64,000 nt of DNA from Gammaproteobacteria bacterium (GTDB lineage: Bacteria > Pseudomonadota > Gammaproteobacteria > Xanthomonadales > Rhodanobacteraceae), in assembly GCA_021324095.1 (NCBI GenBank), contig JAJPJT010000013.1, forward strand, positions 14,282 to 78,281, in the 5' to 3' direction. The notes below the pieces were generated by a model. It had not been told where the DNA came from, searched no databases, and worked only from the letters and a program-made list of their open reading frames with translations. A program made the position numbers and the translations under genes. Shown in pieces: positions 20,001-29,477 of the stretch (the stretch's first letter is position 1; every line of letters begins with the position of its first letter).

Positions 20001-20732
20001 TTAATTGATCGAGACTGGCTTGCGACACTGCTGCTGATCAGAAAGAGTTCGCTCCAACTGTTCGATATTCCTACTATTGATAGAGCTACTGGCGAACTCT
20101 AGAGTCACTCCCAAAGGATCTACGTTCAAACGCGCAGTCCCACCCCAGCTTTCGAATCCTGTAGTGTTGTAATATGGGTCAACACGGCCCCTACGGTCTT
20201 TGAAAAATGGAAACTGTCTACCTATTTCTTGTAGCAAATTTGCAATTTGTGTTTGGTCATTGATGTGATAAATACGAGAGATAGACCGAACCCTAAGCTT
20301 TCCATCCTCTGAAGGTCCGAATCTTACGTATGTTGTGTACCCGCTGGGACTGAGAAATCTGGCATCGAAATACAAGTTCCGGCAAAAAATAACGCCAGAG
20401 GATGTGAGCAGCGCAATGATTGGTTTATCAGCAATATTGCGCATGCTATCTAATTCAACTTGCTGATAACTGGATGCGGGTATGCCAAGGATGATGTCTT
20501 GAAAGTTCCACGTTGCAGTACGGAGGAGTAGTCGATTCTCAAGAGCACTATGTTCGTGTAGTGGTAACCATTGGATCGTATTCAAATGGCTGACCATCTC
20601 ATCGTTTACGCAAACTCCAGATAAACATGGATACCCCTGAGCATTGAAATTGCTCTCTTGGGCCGCACCAGAAGTTCCGGCCATGCAGGCTGCACTAATG
20701 AAGAGAGCGGCAACACCGATTAGTGCCTTCAT
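20001..20732 (-). CDS. hypothetical exported protein (low-GC islet)
   Basis: The start is taken at MKALIGVAALFISAACMAG (signal peptide), preceded by AAGGGGA-N6. I recognise no domain. The composition is AT-rich and unlike the flanks. Confidence 0.6.
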   Translation of the reverse strand: MKALIGVAALFISAACMAGTSGAAQESNFNAQGYPCLSGVCVNDEMVSHLNTIQWLPLHEHSALENRLLLRTATWNFQDIILGIPASSYQQVELDSMRNIADKPIIALLTSSGVIFCRNLYFDARFLSPSGYTTYVRFGPSEDGKLRVRSISRIYHINDQTQIANLLQEIGRQFPFFKDRRGRVDPYYNTTGFESWGGTARLNVDPLGVTLEFASSSINSRNIEQLERTLSDQQQCRKPVSIN

Positions 20733-20791
20733 TCTGCTTCCCCTTTTCAGTTGTTGAACAGCCAAGTTAACGAATCAATTTGCTTGAACTT

Positions 20792-21454
20792 TTATGGCAT
20801 TCGAAGAAGTAGTTTAACGACCATAGTCGTCACGTCGTTTTCATAAGACGAGTTGCAAAGTTTCTTCAGCTCGCGCTGTATACAATGGGGGTCAAGCAGA
20901 AGCCAGTCATTAGCCTTAAAAAGAGCGTGCAATTGTTCGCCGTCCCCACAAATTTTACCAGCAGCTAGTCCCAGGTGAACTGTTGGTCTATGCTTGCAGA
21001 AGCCATCGTAAATCAGTTGCTGCTGTAATCGATGAAACACAATCTCACGAAGTTTATTATCAGTGAATAGCTTGTATCGTTTTTTTGACTTCTCATCCGT
21101 TCCATCTAATGTCTTTATTGCTACACCACGAGAATCTAGAAGCGATTTGCATTCAACAACAATGATATCGTTATTTCTTGCGTCGAATGCAACGACGTCA
21201 AGCTCCCATCGTGGTGAAGAATTTCTTCCTATGAGGCGCTTGTCTTCCTTGGTCAGACAAACTTTTAAATTGATCTGCGTCCAGTAACCCTGCCGCTGAA
21301 GTATTGCAGCAATTACAGTTTCAAAGGCATCCACACCATATCCCCTAGATTCGCTTCGTGAGCGGGGTGCCACGGTGGACAGTTCCGAGTGTACTGTTCC
21401 ATAGCGGACCGCGCTATGCAACAACTGTTGCTTTTGGACTGTTTGAAGCTTCAT
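20792..21454 (-). CDS. hypothetical protein with PD-(D/E)xK (restriction-endonuclease-like) motif set (low-GC islet)
   Basis: AFETVIAAILQRQGY ... WELDVVAFDARNNDIIVVECK gives a Glu, then D-x14-E-x-K. The start is uncertain. ATG 21454 abuts the divergent lplT ATG. An internal GTG at 21334 (VDAFETV) has a better RBS (AGGGGA-N6). Confidence 0.55.
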   Translation of the reverse strand: MKLQTVQKQQLLHSAVRYGTVHSELSTVAPRSRSESRGYGVDAFETVIAAILQRQGYWTQINLKVCLTKEDKRLIGRNSSPRWELDVVAFDARNNDIIVVECKSLLDSRGVAIKTLDGTDEKSKKRYKLFTDNKLREIVFHRLQQQLIYDGFCKHRPTVHLGLAAGKICGDGEQLHALFKANDWLLLDPHCIQRELKKLCNSSYENDVTTMVVKLLLRMP

Positions 21455-22784
21455 GAACCAATTCCGCCTGCTCGCCAAGCGCCGCTTCGCCCCGTTCTTC
21501 GCGGTGCAGGCGCTGGCCGCGTTCAACGACAATGCGTTCCGGCAGGCGACGATCGTGCTGGTCGGCTTCCAGATGGGGCTGTCCACCGCCACGATCGGCT
21601 TGTATTCCAATCTCGCGCCGGCACTGTTCATCCTGCCGTTCTTCCTGTTCTCGGCGAGCGCGGGACAACTTGCGGAGAAATACGAAAAGCAGCGCCTCAT
21701 CCGCTACGTGAAGCTGTTCGAAATCGCGGCGATGTGCGTGGTCGCGTGGGGTTTCTACGCGAAAAGTCCGCTGCTGCTGTTCGTGGTGCTGTTCCTGATG
21801 GGCGTGCACTCGACCGTGTTCGGCCCGATCAAGTACGCGATCCTGCCGCAGGTGCTGCGCGGGGATGAACTGGTCGGCGGCAATGGTTTGGTGGAAGCGG
21901 GAACCGACCTCGCGATCCTGATCGGCATGATCGTGGGCGGCGCGGCGATGGCCTCACACTTCGGCTGGCATGCGGCGGCCGCGCTGGTGATCGCGGTGGC
22001 GCTACTGGGACTGGCCGCGAGTCTCGTGATTCCGCGCGTGCCGGCGGCGGCGCCAACGCTGATGTTCAACTGGAACCTCTTCACCGAAAGCGCGCGCGTG
22101 CTCAGGATCACTGCGAAGGATCGCACCGTCTTCAATGCGGTGCTCGGGATTTCCTGGTTCTGGTTCTTCGGCGGCGTCGTGACCGCGCAATTGCCCAACT
22201 ACACGCGGCTGTATCTCGGCGGCGACGCCAGCGTCGAAATCCTGGTGCTGACCCTGTTCTCGGTCGGCGTGGGCATCGGTTCGCTGCTGTGCGAAAAGCT
22301 GTCGCGGCACGCGGTCGAAGTCGGGCTGGTGCCGCTGGGCGCCGCGGGCATGACGGTGTTCGGCGTACTGCTGTTTGTCGCGCAGCATGCGGAAGCATCG
22401 ACACGTGGCACGAATTGGCTGGCGTTCCTGCACGCGCCGGGACACGGCTGGTTGGCGCTCGACCTGGCATTGATCGGCGTCTCCACGGGCCTCTTCATCG
22501 TGCCGCTGTTCGCGTTGGTGCAGAGCCGCAGCGCACCGGACGAATTGTCGCGCGTGATCGCCGGCAACAACATCTGGAACGCGGTGTTCCTCGTCGCGGC
22601 GGCGCTGTTCGGGATCGGGCTGCTGCGTGCGGGACTCACGATCCCGCAACTGGTCCTGCTGACGGCCGTGTTGAACGCGCTGGTGATGGCGTACCTCGCG
22701 TGGCGCGTGCCGGCGTTCGGGCAGCGCTTCCGGATCTGGGTGCGGCTGCGCCGTAGTCCATCGTCTAAATTCCGTTCGTCCTGA
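21453..22784 (+). CDS. lplT: MFS transporter, lysophospholipid transporter (LplT)-like
   Basis: 443 aa and polytopic. The N-terminal FAPFFAVQALAAFNDNAFRQA motif is typical of the LplT/Aas-associated MFS family. The last codons and the stop lie inside an S-family repeat. Confidence 0.7.
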   Translation: MNQFRLLAKRRFAPFFAVQALAAFNDNAFRQATIVLVGFQMGLSTATIGLYSNLAPALFILPFFLFSASAGQLAEKYEKQRLIRYVKLFEIAAMCVVAWGFYAKSPLLLFVVLFLMGVHSTVFGPIKYAILPQVLRGDELVGGNGLVEAGTDLAILIGMIVGGAAMASHFGWHAAAALVIAVALLGLAASLVIPRVPAAAPTLMFNWNLFTESARVLRITAKDRTVFNAVLGISWFWFFGGVVTAQLPNYTRLYLGGDASVEILVLTLFSVGVGIGSLLCEKLSRHAVEVGLVPLGAAGMTVFGVLLFVAQHAEASTRGTNWLAFLHAPGHGWLALDLALIGVSTGLFIVPLFALVQSRSAPDELSRVIAGNNIWNAVFLVAAALFGIGLLRAGLTIPQLVLLTAVLNALVMAYLAWRVPAFGQRFRIWVRLRRSPSSKFRSS

Positions 22785-22903
22785 GCGTAGACGCGAAGCG
22801 TCGGAGTCGAAGGATGAACGGCGGTACATGCGCTTCGACTTCGCGGCCTGTGGTCCGCGCAACCTGTCCTGAGCTTGTCGAAGGGCTCAGCCCGAACGGG
22901 AAT
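22771..22903. repeat. S-family palindromic element (composite copy) between lplT and hemC
   Basis: The left arm is tccgttcgtcctgagcgtag...gtcgaagg. The right arm is replaced by the variant cctgtcctgagcttgtcgaagggctcagcccgaacggg. Same family as 37138-37239, 38488-38573 and 56697-56775. Confidence 0.75.
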
Positions 22904-22996
22904 CCAGAATTCAAATCGATGCACTACCGCTTGCGTGGCGAAACATCTTGAGCCGCGCGATGCGATACTTTGCGGTTGCTGGAACGTCCTCACGCC

Positions 22997-23917
22997 ATGT
23001 CCAACCCTCCGCTTCGCATCGCCACCCGAAAAAGCCCGCTCGCCCTGTGGCAGGCCGAACACGTCGCGCGGCGCTTGCGCGACGCCAACGTGGGTCTGTC
23101 GATCGAATTGCTGCCACTTATGACGCGTGGCGACGAGGTGCTGGATCGTTCGCTGGCGTCGATCGGCGGCAAGGGCGTGTTCCTCAAGGAACTGGAAATC
23201 GCGCTGGCCGAAGGCCGCGCCGACCTCGCCGTGCATTCACTGAAAGATGTCCCTGCGCAGCTCGATCCGCAATTCGAATTGGCGGCGATCCTCACGCGCG
23301 CCGACGGCGCGGACGCGTTCGTCAGCAACGATTTCGCGTCGCTCGACGATCTGCCGCGCGGCGCGCGGGTTGGCACATCTTCGCTGCGACGCACCGCGCA
23401 ACTGCGTGCGCGCCGGCCTGACCTCGACATCGCGGACCTGCGCGGCAACGTCGGAACGCGTCTTGCCAAGCTAGACCGCGGCGACTACGCCGCGATCATC
23501 CTTGCCGTTGCGGGTTTGCAGCGGATGGACCTTGGCGCTCGCATCCGCGCGCGCCTTGCACCGCCCGAGTGGCTGCCGGCGCCGGGCCAGGCGGCCATTG
23601 CCGTGGAAACCCGTGCGGGGGACGCGCGGGTGGTCGACTGCGTGAAGGTGTTGGACGACGCGGCGACGCGGCGCAGCGTCAGCGCCGAACGTGCGCTCAA
23701 CGCCGCGATGGGCGGCGATTGCACGATGCCACTGGGCGCGTGGTGCGAAGCGCAAGGCGACGGAACGCTACGCCTGCACGGCCTGCTGGGCGACGCGCGA
23801 GATGGCCGCATTCTGCGCGCGGAGGCCCTTGGCAACGAAGCCGCCGCGCTCGGCGCGGAAGTGGCGCATCGGCTGCGGGAGCAAGGCGCGGATGCACTGC
23901 TGAGCACGCGCGGCTGA
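22997..23917 (+). CDS. hemC: hydroxymethylbilane synthase (porphobilinogen deaminase)
   Basis: The start is at [46 protein letters not shown] and a conserved C-terminal domain are present. Confidence 0.95.
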   Translation: MSNPPLRIATRKSPLALWQAEHVARRLRDANVGLSIELLPLMTRGDEVLDRSLASIGGKGVFLKELEIALAEGRADLAVHSLKDVPAQLDPQFELAAILTRADGADAFVSNDFASLDDLPRGARVGTSSLRRTAQLRARRPDLDIADLRGNVGTRLAKLDRGDYAAIILAVAGLQRMDLGARIRARLAPPEWLPAPGQAAIAVETRAGDARVVDCVKVLDDAATRRSVSAERALNAAMGGDCTMPLGAWCEAQGDGTLRLHGLLGDARDGRILRAEALGNEAAALGAEVAHRLREQGADALLSTRG

Positions 23918-24044
23918 TCGCCGTGTCATGACAATGTTGAGCCGGATCGGACCCAGCGAGATCAAATCTGCGGCGTTGGGTTTCGCAAAGAGCGAGCGCT
24001 CACCCAACCTACTGCACGTTTCCTGGTTGCACTGAAACGGATAG

Positions 24045-24374
24045 ATGACGACGAACCCTGACTTCCCATCCGACGTCGCCCTGCGCGTGCGGGTGCAATC
24101 ACCCTTCCGGCGCCGAAGCGGTCCGATGGACGTATCATTGGCAGCCATGGAGCCCGACACCGGGAAAATTGATGCGGCTGTTCTCGCGCTCATGTATTTG
24201 ACCTTGCATGACGGCTGCAGGGCATGGAAATCGTTCGACTGGGACACCACTGACCGTCTGTATCAGCAAGGACTCATTGAGAATCCGGCCAACAAGACCA
24301 AATCGGTAGTCCTGACCGAACGTGGCCTTGCAGAAGCCAAGCGCTTGTTCACTGAGTTGTTCGCCAAGAGATAG
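24045..24374 (+). CDS. small hypothetical protein, DUF6429-like (family assignment from memory)
   Basis: The C-terminal ~75 aa (KIDAAVLALMYLTLHDGCRAWKSFDWDTTDRLYQQGLIENPANKTKSVVLTERGL) resembles the DUF6429 consensus as I recall it. The start could be 24045, 24126 or 24147. It lies in a stretch of moderately lower GC. Confidence 0.45.
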   Translation: MTTNPDFPSDVALRVRVQSPFRRRSGPMDVSLAAMEPDTGKIDAAVLALMYLTLHDGCRAWKSFDWDTTDRLYQQGLIENPANKTKSVVLTERGLAEAKRLFTELFAKR

Positions 24375-24503
24375 CCCTGCGGCTGCAGATGGGTCTCTAC
24401 TCCTGTTCGGGACGAATGCTGGTGCGGGTTGGGCGCTGAGTTCCCATTCGCGATGGGCGACCACCTCCATCGTGTAATGGGTCGCCCGTTGCCGCGCGGC
24501 TTG

Positions 24504-25742
24504 CTACGACCGTGGTAACGCCTTGATTGCCGCGATGCGCCCCTTGCGCACGGCGTCGCCGATGGCGGGCCCTTGCAGGCCCTCATCGACGAAGGGTTGC
24601 GCGGTGACGGCCGCGGCGGCGTTGCGCGCTGCGCGCAGGAAATCCGCCTGCGGGTAAGCGTCGTTTTCGTGGTGCAGTCGTCCGCGCTTGTCGGCCGTGC
24701 ATGCGACGAGAAACGGTTCGAGGCGTTGCGGACGGCGGAACGCGTCGAAAGCTTCCAGCAACGCGAGCACGGTCGTGGGTTTCAGTTCCAGTGCGCGGTG
24801 CGCTTCGAGGTGATGCCGGCAGGTGAGCGCCGCGAGCTGCGCGTATTCGGCCGGTACTTTCAGCCGTTCGCACAATGCAGCCAGCGGCTTCAGGCCGCGG
24901 TGTTCGTGGGCGATATGGCGCGGCAGGACGTCCTGCGGCGTCAATGCCTTTCCAAGGTCGTGGGTGAATGCGCAGAAGCCGGCGAGGTCGTCGCCGGGCG
25001 CGAGCTTCGCCGCCTGGTCCATCACGAGTTCCAGGTGCGCGCCGCAGTCGATTTCGGGGTGGTGTTCGGCGCTTTGCGGCACGCCGTACAGCGCATCGAC
25101 TTCGGGAAACAGCACCGCCAGTGCACCGCACGCGCGCAGTGCGCGCAAGAACGCCGAGGGTTCCGGCTCGGCGAGCGCCTTGCGGGTTTCCGCCCATACG
25201 CGTTCGGGCACCAGGTGCGCGGCTTCGCCGTCCTCGACCATCGTGCGCATCAAAGCCAGGGTTTCATCCGCGATACGGAAACCGAGCGGCGCGAAGCGCG
25301 CATGGAAACGCGCGACGCGCAGGATGCGCACCGGGTCCTCGGCGAACGCGGGCGACACGTGCCGCAGAACGCGTTCGCGCAGGTCCTTTGCGCCGTCGTA
25401 GGGATCGACCAGCGCGCCCGCTTCGTCGCGCGCGATCGCGTTGATGGTGAGGTCGCGGCGGGCGAGATCGTCCTCCAGCGTCACGTCGGGCGCAGCGTGG
25501 AAGCTGAAGCCGTGGTAGCCCGGACCGGTCTTGCGCTCGGTGCGCGCGAGCGCGTATTCCTCGCCGGTGTCGGGATGCAGGAACACCGGGAAATCCTTGC
25601 CGACCGGCTTGTAGCCGCGCGCCAGCAGGTCGTCGGGCGTTGCGCCGACCACCACGTAATCACGATCGCCGTGCGCACGGCCCAGCAGTTCGTCGCGCAC
25701 CGCGCCGCCGACCAGGTAAACGCGGTGGCCGGCCGGCGACAC
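24504..25742 (-). CDS. cca: multifunctional CCA-adding tRNA nucleotidyltransferase (with HD domain)
   Basis: 412 aa. [14 protein letters not shown]...DRDYVV is the nucleotidyltransferase head. The C-terminal HD domain carries HDLGK. Confidence 0.9.
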   Translation of the reverse strand: MSPAGHRVYLVGGAVRDELLGRAHGDRDYVVVGATPDDLLARGYKPVGKDFPVFLHPDTGEEYALARTERKTGPGYHGFSFHAAPDVTLEDDLARRDLTINAIARDEAGALVDPYDGAKDLRERVLRHVSPAFAEDPVRILRVARFHARFAPLGFRIADETLALMRTMVEDGEAAHLVPERVWAETRKALAEPEPSAFLRALRACGALAVLFPEVDALYGVPQSAEHHPEIDCGAHLELVMDQAAKLAPGDDLAGFCAFTHDLGKALTPQDVLPRHIAHEHRGLKPLAALCERLKVPAEYAQLAALTCRHHLEAHRALELKPTTVLALLEAFDAFRRPQRLEPFLVACTADKRGRLHHENDAYPQADFLRAARNAAAAVTAQPFVDEGLQGPAIGDAVRKGRIAAIKALPRS

Positions 25743-25745
25743 GGA

Positions 25746-26684
25746 TCAGCCTTCCTGGGTCAGCCGTGCGTGATCCATCCGGTAGGTGCGCTCGTGGCTT
25801 CCGAGCACCACCGGCAGCATCGCAGCGAAGCGGCGTGGCGTGATGCCGAGTTCCGCGAAACCGTCGCGCGTGCCGACCGAGTCGACGCGCAGCGATGCAA
25901 AGTTGTCGAGCGAAAAGGGCTTTCCGGGAATCAGTTCGGCAGCCATCGCCTGGAGGCGACCCAAGGAGCCGGGCAACGGCAGCACCATGCGGCGCAAGCC
26001 TGCGGTGTCGCGGATCATGCGCACGATTTGAATGAGTTCCAGCACGTCCGGCCCGTACAGCTCGTAGATCTTGCCGATGCTGACGCGATCGGTGAGGCAC
26101 CGCCTGATCGCAACGGCGATGTCGCCGACGTACGCGGGCGCGAACTTCGCGTGCGGTTGCGCCAGCGGCAGGACCGGGCCCATCTTCATCAGTTTGAGGA
26201 AGCGGTACACCAGACTGTCGCCTTCGCCGTACACCACGCTGGGCCGGTAGATCGTCCATTCCATCCCGGAATTGCGTATCTGCGCCTCGGCTTCGCCGCG
26301 CGTCTTCAGGTATTTCGATGCGCGGTTGCCGGCGTTCAACGAACTCATCAAATGGATGCGCCGGATGCCCGCCTGCCGGCATGCGGCGATCAGCGTCGCG
26401 GTGAGATCGACGTGTGCATGCGTGAAGGTGGCGCCGCCGGACTCGTTGAGGATGCCGATCAGGTTGAGCACCGCGTCGTGGCCGGCGATGTGTTTTTCCA
26501 GCGCGCCGCGGTCGTACACGTCGATGCTGACCGTGCGCACGTTCGGCAGCACGTTGATCGCGCGCTTCTTTTCGCGATTGCGGCTGAGCACCGTGATGCG
26601 ATGGCCATCGCCTGCCAGCGCCGCGAGCAGGTTGCGGCCGATGAAGCCGGTACCACCGAGTACGACGAAACGCTTGGGGTTCAT
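25746..26684 (-). CDS. NAD(P)H-binding atypical SDR (NDUFA9/NmrA-like)
   Basis: The start is at MNPKRFVVLGGTGFIGRNLL (Rossmann GxxGxxG). The ATG overlaps the slt stop (ATGA at 26681-26684). Confidence 0.75.
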   Translation of the reverse strand: MNPKRFVVLGGTGFIGRNLLAALAGDGHRITVLSRNREKKRAINVLPNVRTVSIDVYDRGALEKHIAGHDAVLNLIGILNESGGATFTHAHVDLTATLIAACRQAGIRRIHLMSSLNAGNRASKYLKTRGEAEAQIRNSGMEWTIYRPSVVYGEGDSLVYRFLKLMKMGPVLPLAQPHAKFAPAYVGDIAVAIRRCLTDRVSIGKIYELYGPDVLELIQIVRMIRDTAGLRRMVLPLPGSLGRLQAMAAELIPGKPFSLDNFASLRVDSVGTRDGFAELGITPRRFAAMLPVVLGSHERTYRMDHARLTQEG

Positions 26685-28738
26685 GGCGATGCTTTTCCTG
26701 TGCGGGCGACCGCCGCTGCGGACGCGGCGGGGACCGTCGCGCGGCACACGACCTGCTTGCGCGCGGGGTCGACGCTCGGATCATACGGCGTGCCGATGGC
26801 CGGCAGGCGCGACGTTATGGGGATGGGTTCACCGTACAGGCGCCAGCCGTAAATGGTCGCGAACGACATCACCCGCGTGACGTAGTCGCGCGTCTCGTTG
26901 AATGGAATCGTGAGGATGAAGGCTTCCGGATCGAGATTGCCACGCGAATCCACCCAGCGCTGCGCATTGACAGGCCCAGCGTTGTAGGCGGCCGACGCGA
27001 GCCATGGGCTGCCGTCGAAGCGCATCGCGACATTCGCGAGGTATTGCGTGCCCAACGGGATGTTGATGGCAGGATCGTAGAGGCTGGCGCTGCCGTCGTA
27101 CGGCAAACCGCTGCGGCGCGCGACCAGTTGTGCCGTGCCGGGCAGCAACTGCATCAGGCCGCGCGCATTGGCGCCGGATTGCGCGTCGGTCTGCCATGCG
27201 GTTTCCGCGCGGATGATCGCGAACGCCCAGGCCGGATCGATGCGGGCATTGTTGGCCGAGGTGAGCACGCGCTGCTTGTCTGCCAGCGGGAAGCGCAGGT
27301 CGTAATAGTCGAGGTCACCCGACTTGCCGAACGCGAACACGGCGCGGTCGTACCAGCCGCGGCGAGCGGCCAGTGCCGCGGCTTGCCGCTGCTCGACCGG
27401 TGTGAGGTCGGGGAAGGCGCGGTCCCATTCGCGGCGTGCGTCCGGCAGCATCCCCAGCGCGAAGAATTCAAACGCGCGGATCATGCCGGGATCGGCCTCG
27501 ACCTGCGCCAGCGCGTCAGCATTCGTGGGAAGCGTCTGCGGGCAAATCGAGTAGGGCAGATTGGCTTGATCTGCGGCGAGGAAGCCGTAGAACGTCGCCT
27601 GCTGCGCCAGTGCCGTGTAGCCGTCGAGGGCGACGGTTCCGTCCCCGAGTTTCTGCGCGACGCGCGCTTTCCAGTAGCGCCACTCGTCGCGCTGCATTTC
27701 TTCGGGCGTCAGCGCAGCGAGTGCGGCTTGGGCTGCCTTCCAGTCACCCTTTGCCACCGCGACGCGCACGCGCCATTCGCGGGTCGCGTCGGTTTGCGCC
27801 GCCGGCGGCAGGTCGGCCAGCCGCTGGATGGCGTCGGGCCCGAGGTCGACCGCGTTGTAGAGCGCAAGCGCGACAAGGATGCGATCGCGCTGGCGCGTAT
27901 TGAACGCGAAACGGTCCGACAGTGATTGCCAGTACATGATCGCCTGCGCGCTGTCGCGGCGCGCGAGGCGCACCAGCGCGCGCGCGACCGCTTCGCGATT
28001 GCGCGGTGTATCGGCGACGGTACTGGCTTTCTTCAGCACGTCCACGGGCGAGCGCAGCGCATCGGCGACAAGCTCGGCGGCGGCCGCGTCGGTCCCCGTC
28101 AGCCACCCGGCGGACTGGTCGATCGTCCTGGCGTTGCCGGCGTCGGCGGCGCGTTCGATGCGGTCCCACACGCGTTGCGGCGTCAACAGGCCCTGCGTGA
28201 AGGCCGAGTCGAGCACCGGATCGCACGCGGACGGCAAGCTGGTTTTCTGCCACAGCGCGGCAAGATCGTGGTCGAAGTCGAGCGGCTTGCCTTCGGCGAG
28301 GTTCGCCTGCAGTGCGTCGCAAGTGAGCGTGTCGCCGAGACCCGGCTGGTAAAAATGCCGGAACGTCGTCCAGTCCTTCTGGTGGGCCGACCAACCGAGT
28401 TCCGACTTGCGCAGATCCTCGGCCGGGATCATCCCGGCGTAGCGCTGCAGGTAGGCGTCGATCTGCGCGCGGCTCGCGGTCTTGATGTCGTGTTGCAGCG
28501 CGGCGGCTTCGAGATAGGGATAGAGCGGGTAATCCTTGAGTCCCTGCGCCAGCGGCCGCCAGTCCTGACCGCTGTGTGCGGCGGCGTAGGCCGCGCGGAA
28601 TGCATCGCGCTGTTGCTGAAGCGACGGCGAAACGGTTTGTGCGGAAACACCGGCCGACGCGACCGCAAGCAGGAAACCGGTGATGCTGCCATGCAGGTAC
28701 ACGCGCCACCGCAGGCGCGAGGGAAACACTGTCTTCAT
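26681..28738 (-). CDS. slt: soluble lytic murein transglycosylase (Slt70-like)
   Basis: The start is at MKTVFPSRL... with a signal peptide. There is a superhelical U-domain. The C-terminal SLT domain reads AIIRAETAWQTDAQSGANARGLMQLLPGTA. Confidence 0.9.
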   Translation of the reverse strand: MKTVFPSRLRWRVYLHGSITGFLLAVASAGVSAQTVSPSLQQQRDAFRAAYAAAHSGQDWRPLAQGLKDYPLYPYLEAAALQHDIKTASRAQIDAYLQRYAGMIPAEDLRKSELGWSAHQKDWTTFRHFYQPGLGDTLTCDALQANLAEGKPLDFDHDLAALWQKTSLPSACDPVLDSAFTQGLLTPQRVWDRIERAADAGNARTIDQSAGWLTGTDAAAAELVADALRSPVDVLKKASTVADTPRNREAVARALVRLARRDSAQAIMYWQSLSDRFAFNTRQRDRILVALALYNAVDLGPDAIQRLADLPPAAQTDATREWRVRVAVAKGDWKAAQAALAALTPEEMQRDEWRYWKARVAQKLGDGTVALDGYTALAQQATFYGFLAADQANLPYSICPQTLPTNADALAQVEADPGMIRAFEFFALGMLPDARREWDRAFPDLTPVEQRQAAALAARRGWYDRAVFAFGKSGDLDYYDLRFPLADKQRVLTSANNARIDPAWAFAIIRAETAWQTDAQSGANARGLMQLLPGTAQLVARRSGLPYDGSASLYDPAINIPLGTQYLANVAMRFDGSPWLASAAYNAGPVNAQRWVDSRGNLDPEAFILTIPFNETRDYVTRVMSFATIYGWRLYGEPIPITSRLPAIGTPYDPSVDPARKQVVCRATVPAASAAAVARTGKASP

Positions 28739-28803
28739 GCATGCAATTCTAGACGATGCCGCGGGTGCGGTTGCGGCACACAACCGCCGATGAGCAGGCA
28801 AAC

Positions 28804-28827
28804 GAAAGGCCGCTTGCGCGGCCTTTC
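28804..28827 (-). terminator. candidate terminator hairpin downstream of 28848..29477
   Basis: Perfect 10-bp stem GAAAGGCCGC/GCGGCCTTTC with a 4-nt loop. On the minus strand it is followed by GTTTGCC, a weak U-tract. Confidence 0.45.
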
Positions 28828-28847
28828 GCGAGCACCGTTGTACGCAG

Positions 28848-29477
28848 TCACTGCCGATGACGGGCGTTGTGCTTTTTCAGGTAGATGCGCCGGCTGTCAC
28901 GGTTGTCGGCACGCTGGACCCGGCCCGTCTGGCGCAGCGTGTCGCGTTTGGCTTCCATGCGATCGACGTGCGCCTCATTGCCTTCCAGTCGGCTGGTTTC
29001 GCGGTTGGCCAGCGAACCATGGGTGACGCCCTGATGGATGCGCTGCTCCTGGTTGATGTTGCGCTGGACGTTCGCCTGTTCGAGATTGGATTTCAGCGAA
29101 TCGGGATTGCCCGTGATCGAATTGTGCTTGTCGCCATAAATGGCTTTGCTCTCGCGGTTCTGTTCGCGCTGGATTTGCGTGCGCTCGGAAGCCGACAGTG
29201 ATCCGTTGGCGAGGTCGCGTTGTTCGGTGCGGTCGATACGCGCTTCGCCGGCCTCGAGCCTGCGCGCTTCGCCGGAAGTGAGTTGCCCGGATTGCAGGCC
29301 CTGCTCGATGCGTTTCTGCTGGTCGACATCGCGGCCGGTTTCGCTCGCCGCGTTGTGGGGACGCTGGATGGGCGTGGTTGCGGGGGTGGAAGAGGTCGGC
29401 GCGGTCTGGGCCTGTGCGCCTGCAGCGAGGCCCAGGCCGATTGCGACGGACGCAACCAGGATCAGGGTGCGTGGCAT
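28848..29477 (-). CDS. hypothetical exported protein with two ~70-aa internal repeats
   Basis: The start is at MPRTLILVASVAIGLGLAAGAQA (signal peptide). The repeats are QQKRIEQGLQSGQLTSGEARRLEAGEARIDR... and QEQRIHQGVTHGSLANRETSRLEGNEAHVDR.... The sequence is highly charged and Q/R/E-rich. Confidence 0.6.
   Translation of the reverse strand: MPRTLILVASVAIGLGLAAGAQAQTAPTSSTPATTPIQRPHNAASETGRDVDQQKRIEQGLQSGQLTSGEARRLEAGEARIDRTEQRDLANGSLSASERTQIQREQNRESKAIYGDKHNSITGNPDSLKSNLEQANVQRNINQEQRIHQGVTHGSLANRETSRLEGNEAHVDRMEAKRDTLRQTGRVQRADNRDSRRIYLKKHNARHRQ

Noticed and set aside
21452-21455. Divergent overlapping start codons (tCATGa) of the islet nuclease-like ORF and lplT
   Set aside because: This overlap is probably an artefact of taking the longest ORF. 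An internal GTG at 21334, preceded by AGGGGA-N6, starts right at the nuclease-like core and leaves a normal divergent promoter region. I kept the long coordinates but do not interpret the overlap.
22199-23236. 345-aa minus-strand ORF spanning the lplT 3' end, the repeat element and the hemC 5' end
   Set aside because: It crosses two well-supported plus-strand genes and an intergenic repeat. It has no motifs and shadow-ORF composition.
24573-26852. 759-aa plus-strand ORF
   Set aside because: It is antisense to cca, the SDR gene and the slt 3' end. It has shadow-ORF composition.
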